A stretch of 64,000 nt of DNA from a virus: IMG/VR virus record IMGVR_UViG_3300024496_000012; one strand, given 5' to 3'. Positions 55,783 to 64,000 of the stretch are shown in pieces (the first letter of the stretch is position 1; each line of letters opens with the position of its first letter). Both the position numbers and the translations under genes were made by a program. The notes under the pieces are model-generated. The model was not told the DNA's origin, searched no databases, and was given only the letters and a program-made list of their open reading frames with translations.

Positions 55783-58700
55783 ATGGCAGCAGAGTTTAAG
55801 ATAGCGAGATTAAGATATAACTGGGCAGGACAGTGGGTTACTGGTGAGTTTTATAACAGAGACGCCGTAGTTCAGTATAATGGTAAGACATACATATGTC
55901 TTATTCCACATAATGCTAGCGATTTTTATAATGACCTAGCACACGTAACACCTTCGGGTGCTATTACTCCATATTGGGAACTATCGGTAGATGGTAAGAC
56001 CTGGAAACAAGAGTGGACCTCCAATACCTATTACAGTCTAGGTAATATTGTCACCTACGGCGGTGTAGTTTATGTCTGTTCAGAGAGTCATACCAGCTCA
56101 AACAATCCACAGCCTCAGATCGATCTTAGCAAATGGGTAACGCTATCTACCTTTACTAAGTGGGACAACGCATGGACTCCTAATACAGTATACGGCAAAG
56201 GTGACACCGTCAAGTATGGCGGAATCGTCTACGAATGTAATACAAATCATATTTCTGCTGTTGATGTTGCCACAGGACTTGAATCAGATCAATCTAAATG
56301 GTCATTAGTTAACAATGGAATAGAGTACAAAGGCACATGGATGTCTAATGTACGATATAAGTTAAACGATATCGTTTATCGTAGTCCAGATCTTTATATT
56401 TGTACAGCTGGTCACACATCAGGAACATATGATTCTTCGATAACATTTGATCCTACAAAATGGCAGATATGGATGCCTGGACTTGAACTCCAAACAACAT
56501 GGAGTCAGTTTGCTATCTACAATCCAGGTGACGTAGTTATCTATGGTGGATACACATACGTTTGTACAGAAGAAAACAATCAAAATAACATTCCTTCAAT
56601 GTCATCGTTGTCTTGGTCTATCTTGACTCAAGGTTTCAACATGAAGGCCGAATGGGATGGAATGCAATCTTATAAGATTGGCGATGTAGTAAGAAAAGGT
56701 GGAATACTTTTTGAAGCAGCACAAGATGTTCCTGCTACAACTCAACAGCTCGATACAGATCCTACTTCATATGTTGTTTCAACATCAGTTACTTCAGCTA
56801 CAGGAACTACATTGGTAGTGACTAGTACTGCTGCTATCCGTCCTGGAATGATCATTACTGGACCTGGTTTTACGATTGGTCAAAGAGTTTCACAGGTAAC
56901 TGACGGAACTACCCTAGTGATGGATAGAGGACCAGACGGTGTTAGTACCAACGGTGATACGGTTACATTTACAGGTGTTAACTATGTCTATTGGACTCCG
57001 TTGGTTATGGGTCTAAACTATCTAGCTCGTTGGCAGTACAGCACCAATTCTAGTCCTATAGTTTATTCAGTCGGTGATGTTGTCTACTGGCAAAACTTTA
57101 CCTATCGTTGCATAAGAAATCATAGTGCTAGTACAAAGATTGATATCATAATGAATAGACCTGACCTAGATACAGCTAATATGTATTGGGTCAAACTAGT
57201 AGCACATGCTCCTAAGAATGCTATGAATCAACTTGGTGACCTAGAAACATATGTTTCTGGTTATACAAACACAGCTATCGCGATAGGTGAAAAAGATAAG
57301 GTTCTAAAAGCCAGTTCTAAACTTCCTACATGGAGCACGATTAACGAGATTACTAACGTATTCTATGTATCAACTACACAAGGTGTAGATGACACACAAC
57401 ACGGAACATCATGGGACAAGCCTTTTGCCACAATCAAATATGCCTGCGATAAAATCCTAGAAGGAACTTTCTTCCATAATGCTAGGTATCTAGCTGAAGC
57501 GAATAGAGATTGGATCATCGAAGAGATGTGGCAATATATGTTATATGCCAAAGCTAACTCGCTCGACGGATTCACTCCAAGCTCGGTATTTGACGAAACA
57601 AAAACAAGAAGAGATGCTGGATTTATTCTAGAAGCTGTCTTATATGATCTAGGACGTGGCGGCAACGGTCAGACAGTTATGCAGACTCTAGCATATTTTG
57701 TTGACGGATCAAAAACACAGTTTTACAATGCAGGAACTGAAGCGGTCATGCCGTACATCATTGCTGCTATTAACAAGATACAAAGTTTAGTGATACAAAA
57801 TGCGATCACTAGCACACCATTATTACCGATTAACGACTATCAGGTCTTGAATAACATACCTGTGGATCTCCGAGTACCGCAGATTACTGATGCGGCAAAT
57901 CATCCGTTGGAAACCGGTGCTATCGATGCGATAAATGCTCTATTTGCTTTACCTATTTCAGCGTTCACCAGTCATTCTACTACTGGATTGCCTCCAGCTA
58001 ACCAAGGTATTACATCGACTATCTTTGTTAAGACAGGTACATATAAAGAAACATTGCCAATCACAGTTCCAGAGATGACTGCAATCGTTGGTGATGAACT
58101 TAGAGGTACAGTCGTACAACCTAATATTGTTATCAACACAGTAGTTAAAAGTTCATCTTCTGCCGATAACTCATTTACAGTTATAACTACAGAAGGTCTA
58201 AATCATGGAACTCCGGTACAGTTTTCTGGAGCTATCGATATTGGTGCTCCAACAAAAACTATCGGCGGAACTACTACCGGAACAACTTTCTATGTGAATG
58301 ACACAAACGCTGCTAACGTTGGTGTGCCAGAAGTAAATGAAATCGAATACCTTAACGGTAGCTTAACACATCCAGATGGACACAGTAAGATCCTTGGATT
58401 TGCACTTGACGGTTATCCTGTTTATGGTCCTTATGGCTATTCTCAAGCTACTAATGCTAACTCTGCTACAAAACGTATGCAGAGTGGTTATACTCTTAAT
58501 AGTCCTTCGACTAGAGTAGCACCAGCTACAAACGTTAGCCAGTATCCTATGGGCATGTTTAACGAAGATTGGAGCTTTACTAACCCTCAAGGCACCGATC
58601 TCGATCTTTATAATGGACGTTATTGTGTAACTCCTGATTATCCTAACGGCACATATGCTTATTTCTGCACTATTGATGCAAACGGCGACCCAGCATATCC

Positions 58701-61700
58701 ATATGTCCTAGGTAAAAAGTTCTATGGCGATCCAAATCCTTTTATCAGCGACTACTACAGTGGCGGAGGATCAGCACCTGCAGGATATGAAATCGCATAT
58801 ACAAGTCAAAAATCAAACTTTGACGGACGCCAGCACAGCTGGACTATTACCAATGGCGGTGGTAACATCAAGATTAAATCTACTGGTGTCCCTTATCACA
58901 GTTTTGGAAACCCAGCAGGCGCAAACAATCCTAACGTAAAAGATTGGAACCTAACATTTAAGCTTCGTGCAGGAACTAACGTAGCATCGTTGACACATCC
59001 TGATGTAGGATATGGTCCTATTGGATTCTGGTTAAATGGTGTCGCTATGTTCTCACCTAGCGCAGCACAAGGTTCACCTAACGGATTTACTTCTATACCT
59101 GGATATACCTACAATGCATCATATGCAGCTGGCGAGGCACTAGGTTATTCATTTGGTGAAGATCTTGCAGGTGGTCATGCTACGCCTGATAGTACATATC
59201 ACTATCATGATTTTAGTTTTGCAGAAGCATGGACTACCGGTCTAGGTTCAACTATCGTTGGCACAGCGATTACTAGTACTAAGTTCAGCCTTAGTACATT
59301 CCCAGGCGGACCTATATTCCCTGTTCAAACACAAACAGCAGGTAATGTAGCTATTTTCTTGTTCGGCGGTGATGCAATCAAAGATATGTTCCATTTAAGA
59401 AACGGAACAGGTCTAAGAAATATGACGTTTACTGGACTGTTAGGTTCATTGAGCGGTATTAACGCTAATCAAACTCAGCGTCCCACAGGCGGTTCTTATT
59501 CAAGCCTTGACCCAGGACGTGGACCAAATGACTCACGTAGTTGGATTTACCAACGTTCTCCATACACACAGAACTGTTCTGTGTTCGGATATGGATGTAC
59601 TGGTATCAAGATTGACGGAGACCTACACAACGGTGGAAACAAATCAATCGTTGCCAACGACTACACAACTATTCTTTCAGGCGGTGTAGGCGTATGGTGT
59701 ACCGGACATAACGCACTAACAGAACTTGTTTCTGTGTTCGCATATTATTCTTATGCCGGTTACATCGCTGAAGGTGGAGGAAAGATTCGTGCAACTAACG
59801 GTAATACATCATATGGTACATATGGTGTTATCGCAGAAGGTTACGATCTTGCCGAAGTTCCTATCTCTGGAAATGTATACAACAAATCATCACAGATACA
59901 AGCATCAGTACAGAGCTCATTGAGCGGTAATGCCCAGCTAGTTGGTCTAAACTATAAGAATGCTGGTAATAACTATTTGACCAGTACACTAAACTTCTTA
60001 GACTACAGTAACGTCTATAACAACGTGGCGTGGAGCACTGATGGTAATGTTAGCATACAGAAAAACCAGATAGCACCTACAGGAAACTCCGAAGCATGGA
60101 CTCTTACAGGTACTACTGGCGGTACAGATAGTGCTTACATCTATCAATCAGTAGCGATACCAGCGGCAGGTAAAACTTATTCAGGCCTTTCAGCTACTAA
60201 CTTAACAGGTAGTGGTATCGGTGCATTATTTGACATAACTGTTACAAGTACCGGTTATGTAGTTTCGGTCAATCAAGGCGGTAGCGGCTATGTTACTGGA
60301 AACCAGATGTTCGTACCTGGCGATCAGCTAGGTGGTCTAGTAACTACTAATGATTGTACAATCACTGTAACTTCACTAAGCGGCTCGGCTATATTAACAG
60401 TTAGTGTAACTGGAACAGTTCCGCAGAACAGTGCTAGAAACTATACTCTTAGTGCTTATGTAAAATATGGAAATGTTCCATCGGTTGATCTTTACGGAAC
60501 ATTTAGCGGTAATACCACAGTTAGAAGTTCAGTAAACTATAACTTCCTCACAGGTGTAACCACAGCCAGCAGCGACGGAACTGGATTTGTTCCTTCACAA
60601 TACGGCGTTGTGGTGTTGCCAAACGGATGGTATAGACTATGGATGGCCGTAAATGATGTAACCGGTCTTAATACCAATCTAGAATATAGATTATATGCAC
60701 GTGGTAGAAATAACGGTGCAGGATATACTTATTTCTATGGTTCTCAACTAGAGCTTTCAACAAACACTGGTAAACCTAGTTTCTATTTTGAAACTGATAA
60801 TAACAACTACACTTCATATGCCAACTTCAACATACAAGGTGCTGGTACTGGAGCTCTTGTAGTCGGCGATGAAAATAGAACACAGTCAGTATTCCAGACA
60901 CGTATCACTGATCTTTCCGGAAGCGGAACTCCTGGTGGAGCTGGTTATCTAACAGCTAGTAATAACGCCCAAGGCGGTACTGATACCTATGTATTATTAG
61001 CAGGATCAGACACTAAGTCAGATACCAACTATGTAGGTATGAATGTCTTTATTAATAGTGGAACAGGTGCTGGTCAATATGGTACTATCAGTTATTTTGA
61101 CAGTGGCAATAGTAAACGTGCCAACGTATTGAAGCCTTCCTTTAAACAGTTGAACATCACAGCAACAACAAGCAGTACTAATAACTTTACTCTTGGTTCA
61201 GGATCTAACGTGTCTCAGCTGTATGTTGGAATGCCATGTGAGTTTACGCCAACCTATTATACAACATCGACCACAAATACAAGTACAGGAACTGTGCTAG
61301 TCACAGCAGTATCTGGCGGTATTTACAATCTTGTAACTGTGGCTACAACAGCTCAGTTGAGAGTAAACCAGCCTATTAAGTTTTTTGCATCAGACAATAC
61401 ACAAGCTATGTTTGGTGGTATTACTCCTGATTATTTCTACTATATTTCGTCGATCATTGATAGTACAACCATACAGATTACTGCTACTATCTATGGACCT
61501 GTTGCACAGTTAGTGACAGCCACTGGTCAGATGACTATGAGTTTCCCTGCAGGAAATAGTTTTATCACTGTAGGCAGCACAGCAAATATGCTACCAAACT
61601 TAGTTGCACAGTTTACCGGTGGAACCGCACTCGGAGGACTCACACTAGGAAATACCTACTACATACAAGATATCATAGATGGATATAACTTTACTATTTC

Positions 61701-64000
61701 TAATAGTCTAGTAACTGTAGCTCCAACAGCCGTGGCATCGACTGGTAACTTGATTACAGTGTCATCGACCTCTACGTTGATTCCATTGAATCCGATCGTA
61801 TTTGCAGGAACTACAACTGGAACCAATATCGTAGAAGGAACAAAATATTATATCAGCAAGATAGTCAGTGCAAATACTTTCCAGATTTCTAGCAGCATTT
61901 TGTCAACACAGGCAACAGCTACTCAGATAACAACTAACCTAATCACTGTAGGATCGACAGCTGGTTTCCAAGCTAATAACCCAGTGGTATTCATAGGAAA
62001 TACATTTGGAAACGTACAGGCAGAAGTAGTATATTATATCCTAGCGGTTAACAATGCCACTTCATTTACGATCAGCCAGACTCCTGGCGGATCAGCAGTT
62101 GGATTGATTAACGCTACTGGTAATGTGCTAGTAAGGACATCACCAGCAGCATTTAACCCAGGTACTAACGCCAGCGTTTCTAATCTAACAGGAACCTCAA
62201 CAAGTACAAAGACTAATGTGACAACTTCTACAGGTACTATGAATGTACAGTTCAGAACATCATTATTTGGTGGTCCAGTATCTGGAACAACATATTATGT
62301 CAATACTATTGACTCGAATAACAACACATTCACAGTAACAGCTTCTCAAGGTAGTGGCATATCATTTAATCTAGCAACCAAAACTGGTGCTATGAAACTT
62401 GGTGCTAGTGGTTGGGATCATATTATTCCAGGAACACCGGCGATATCTCCATTAGATAGTTCTACTGTTTACTTTATAGAACCGAAACTAGAGTTTACAG
62501 ACCCAACATTCTCTCAGACAGCTGGTACTATGAGCATACTACCCCCAACTAATAACTGGGTTGATGTAGCTTATGGCGATGGCGATGGTTATTGGATCGC
62601 GATCGCCAATGGTGGTTCGACAGCATCTAGGACATCAGACGGCCTTAACTGGTCTAATGTTCCGTTGCCAACCAGTGGAAACTGGACTGGAATCGCCTAC
62701 GGTCAAGGTGCATGGGTTATCATTAGCTCAGGTGGAGCGACTAACTCTACAGTGCTAGTATCATTTAACAATGGTAATGGATGGAGACCATTTACCCTTC
62801 CGTCATCAACAACATGGACCAGTGTCGCATATGGAAATGGTAAATTCGTAGCGATAGCTTCAAACTCTACTACAGCAGCATATTCAACAAACTCTGGACA
62901 GACATGGGCCAGTGGTTCTGGATTGCCAAATCAAGCATGGGTCAAAGTGGTATATGGCAAGGGAGTCTTTGTCGCTATCGCTGCATCAGGCACCGTAGCA
63001 GCAAAATCTACAGATGGAATAAACTGGACTTCAGTGACATTACCGATCAGTGCTACTTGGAGCGATATTGCATACGGTAACAATAGATTCTTGATAGTAT
63101 CAAGTGCAAGTTCTAAGACCATTTATAGCTTTGATCTAACTACATGGTATCAATCTAACTTGGCCATCACAGGAACTAGCGTAGCATATGGTCAGGGAGT
63201 GTTCCTCGCAGTCAACGCCAGTGCTAACCAAGCATGGACTACTGATGATTGCGTACAATGGATTTCAAGATCAGTATCTTCAGATGCCTATGGAAATCTC
63301 CAATGGGGCGTTAACATGACAACCGGCATTGGTTACTTTGTCACTGTTGCTGCTCAAACAGCAGGTTCAAGGATTATTGCTGGTGTGAAAACTAAAGCTA
63401 GACCAACAGTGGTTAGCAATATCATCACATCGATTAGTTTATTTGAACCTGGATCAGGTTATAGTTCTTCACCAACAGTTACCATCACAGATCCAAACGT
63501 ACAAACTCCAGCTACATTGCAGCCAAGAGTAGGTAATGGATCATTGGCAAACCCAACTTTTATTAATAAAGGATCGGGCTACAATACTACAACTACAACT
63601 ATCGCTATCAGTGGTAACGGTTATGCCGACGACTATCAGACTGGCCTATCATTGATTATCAAGAATCTTACCAAGCTACCAAGACCAGGCGATAACTTGA
63701 GTATCGCTGGTAATGATAAGATCTACAAGGTCACAAATGCAACAATTATGTTTGGTACGACAGCTCCAAATATTGAAGCTAACGTACAGATATCTCCAGA
63801 TATGACTGTGGCATTGAGTCCTGAAGATAATACAGCAATATTGATACGTCAGCAGTACAGCCAAGCAAGACTAACTGGACACGATTTCTTGAACATCGGT
63901 ACTGGTGATGTTGTAGCTACTAACTATCCTATTGTTGATGTTAACGAAACACAACCACAGAATCAAACTGTTGAAGTTGACTATGGTCGTGTATTCTACA
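55783..64000 (+). CDS. Giant multi-domain virion adhesin/fibre protein, runs off the right edge (more than 2700 aa; absent from the ORF track)
   Basis: ATG 55783 after AGGA. Manual translation of many segments shows no stop: MAAEFKIARLRYNWAGQW; repeated W-x5-Y-x2-GDxVxYxGxxYxC-x3-H modules (55.8-57.2 kb); pectin-lyase-like FYVS...SWDKPFATIKYA and a beta-helix (59.4-59.9 kb); a YHYH domain; WxxVAYGxGxF propeller repeats (62.5-63.3 kb). Confidence 0.85.
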   Translation, partial: MAAEFKIARLRYNWAGQWVTGEFYNRDAVVQYNGKTYICLIPHNASDFYNDLAHVTPSGAITPYWELSVDGKTWKQEWTSNTYYSLGNIVTYGGVVYVCSESHTSSNNPQPQIDLSKWVTLSTFTKWDNAWTPNTVYGKGDTVKYGGIVYECNTNHISAVDVATGLESDQSKWSLVNNGIEYKGTWMSNVRYKLNDIVYRSPDLYICTAGHTSGTYDSSITFDPTKWQIWMPGLELQTTWSQFAIYNPGDVVIYGGYTYVCTEENNQNNIPSMSSLSWSILTQGFNMKAEWDGMQSYKIGDVVRKGGILFEAAQDVPATTQQLDTDPTSYVVSTSVTSATGTTLVVTSTAAIRPGMIITGPGFTIGQRVSQVTDGTTLVMDRGPDGVSTNGDTVTFTGVNYVYWTPLVMGLNYLARWQYSTNSSPIVYSVGDVVYWQNFTYRCIRNHSASTKIDIIMNRPDLDTANMYWVKLVAHAPKNAMNQLGDLETYVSGYTNTAIAIGEKDKVLKASSKLPTWSTINEITNVFYVSTTQGVDDTQHGTSWDKPFATIKYACDKILEGTFFHNARYLAEANRDWIIEEMWQYMLYAKANSLDGFTPSSVFDETKTRRDAGFILEAVLYDLGRGGNGQTVMQTLAYFVDGSKTQFYNAGTEAVMPYIIAAINKIQSLVIQNAITSTPLLPINDYQVLNNIPVDLRVPQITDAANHPLETGAIDAINALFALPISAFTSHSTTGLPPANQGITSTIFVKTGTYKETLPITVPEMTAIVGDELRGTVVQPNIVINTVVKSSSSADNSFTVITTEGLNHGTPVQFSGAIDIGAPTKTIGGTTTGTTFYVNDTNAANVGVPEVNEIEYLNGSLTHPDGHSKILGFALDGYPVYGPYGYSQATNANSATKRMQSGYTLNSPSTRVAPATNVSQYPMGMFNEDWSFTNPQGTDLDLYNGRYCVTPDYPNGTYAYFCTIDANGDPAYPYVLGKKFYGDPNPFISDYYSGGGSAPAGYEIAYTSQKSNFDGRQHSWTITNGGGNIKIKSTGVPYHSFGNPAGANNPNVKDWNLTFKLRAGTNVASLTHPDVGYGPIGFWLNGVAMFSPSAAQGSPNGFTSIPGYTYNASYAAGEALGYSFGEDLAGGHATPDSTYHYHDFSFAEAWTTGLGSTIVGTAITSTKFSLSTFPGGPIFPVQTQTAGNVAIFLFGGDAIKDMFHLRNGTGLRNMTFTGLLGSLSGINANQTQRPTGGSYSSLDPGRGPNDSRSWIYQRSPYTQNCSVFGYGCTGIKIDGDLHNGGNKSIVANDYTTILSGGVGVWCTGHNALTELVSVFAYYSYAGYIAEGGGKIRATNGNTSYGTYGVIAEGYDLAEVPISGNVYNKSSQIQASVQSSLSGNAQLVGLNYKNAGNNYLTSTLNFLDYSNVYNNVAWSTDGNVSIQKNQIAPTGNSEAWTLTGTTGGTDSAYIYQSVAIPAAGKTYSGLSATNLTGSGIGALFDITVTSTGYVVSVNQGGSGYVTGNQMFVPGDQLGGLVTTNDCTITVTSLSGSAILTVSVTGTVPQNSARNYTLSAYVKYGNVPSVDLYGTFSGNTTVRSSVNYNFLTGVTTASSDGTGFVPSQYGVVVLPNGWYRLWMAVNDVTGLNTNLEYRLYARGRNNGAGYTYFYGSQLELSTNTGKPSFYFETDNNNYTSYANFNIQGAGTGALVVGDENRTQSVFQTRITDLSGSGTPGGAGYLTASNNAQGGTDTYVLLAGSDTKSDTNYVGMNVFINSGTGAGQYGTISYFDSGNSKRANVLKPSFKQLNITATTSSTNNFTLGSGSNVSQLYVGMPCEFTPTYYTTSTTNTSTGTVLVTAVSGGIYNLVTVATTAQLRVNQPIKFFASDNTQAMFGGITPDYFYYISSIIDSTTIQITATIYGPVAQLVTATGQMTMSFPAGNSFITVGSTANMLPNLVAQFTGGTALGGLTLGNTYYIQDIIDGYNFTISNSLVTVAPTAVASTGNLITVSSTSTLIPLNPIVFAGTTTGTNIVEGTKYYISKIVSANTFQISSSILSTQATATQITTNLITVGSTAGFQANNPVVFIGNTFGNVQAEVVYYILAVNNATSFTISQTPGGSAVGLINATGNVLVRTSPAAFNPGTNASVSNLTGTSTSTKTNVTTSTGTMNVQFRTSLFGGPVSGTTYYVNTIDSNNNTFTVTASQGSGISFNLATKTGAMKLGASGWDHIIPGTPAISPLDSSTVYFIEPKLEFTDPTFSQTAGTMSILPPTNNWVDVAYGDGDGYWIAIANGGSTASRTSDGLNWSNVPLPTSGNWTGIAYGQGAWVIISSGGATNSTVLVSFNNGNGWRPFTLPSSTTWTSVAYGNGKFVAIASNSTTAAYSTNSGQTWASGSGLPNQAWVKVVYGKGVFVAIAASGTVAAKSTDGINWTSVTLPISATWSDIAYGNNRFLIVSSASSKTIYSFDLTTWYQSNLAITGTSVAYGQGVFLAVNASANQAWTTDDCVQWISRSVSSDAYGNLQWGVNMTTGIGYFVTVAAQTAGSRIIAGVKTKARPTVVSNIITSISLFEPGSGYSSSPTVTITDPNVQTPATLQPRVGNGSLANPTFINKGSGYNTTTTTIAISGNGYADDYQTGLSLIIKNLTKLPRPGDNLSIAGNDKIYKVTNATIMFGTTAPNIEANVQISPDMTVALSPEDNTAILIRQQYSQARLTGHDFLNIGTGDVVATNYPIVDVNETQPQNQTVEVDYGRVFY

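Noticed and set aside
693-63864. The many short antisense or nested ORFs in the track (e.g. 4368-4844, 24652-25089, 46152-46676, 51407-51910, 53103-53561)
   Set aside because: They lie opposite long, well-formed genes, and their composition mirrors the sense codon bias.
1-64000. Stop-codon reassignment, as in some large phages
   Set aside because: TAA, TAG (e.g. 45404, 51128) and TGA (e.g. 30163, 31215) all end genes at natural boundaries, and core genes are intact under code 11.

Overview
This window is 64 kb of a large T4-like myophage genome using the standard genetic code. 1-29.2 kb (minus strand) is a late baseplate and fibre operon: three paralogous fibre genes, a 4525-aa wedge-like protein, and gp6-, gp25-, gp5-, hub-, gp53- and gp48/54-like genes. 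29.3-34.3 kb (plus) holds the late sigma factor gp55, gp47/gp46 (Mre11/Rad50-like), a 2OG-Fe(II) oxygenase, a small basic protein and a catalytic-domain-only GIY-YIG nuclease. Directly after the nuclease lies about 490 nt of densely base-paired non-coding sequence (candidate large ncRNA) containing a possible pseudoknot and two tandem GTGTGAC-N11-GGATAA-hairpin units. Next come three probable internal head proteins, a gp26-like gene that appears to be joined to a gp51-like ORF by a -1 ribosomal frameshift, a tape-measure-like gene, the head operon (gp20, core protein, gp21, gp22, gp23), a run of fibre/adaptor genes with structured 5' leaders, and a giant adhesin-like ORF that runs off the right end (missed by the ORF track) and contains a circularly permuted YHYH domain. 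The strongest leads are the GIY-YIG plus structured-RNA locus, the gp26/gp51 frameshift, and the leader at 53.86-53.99 kb. Product names come from motif recognition only; no database searches or folding programs were run.
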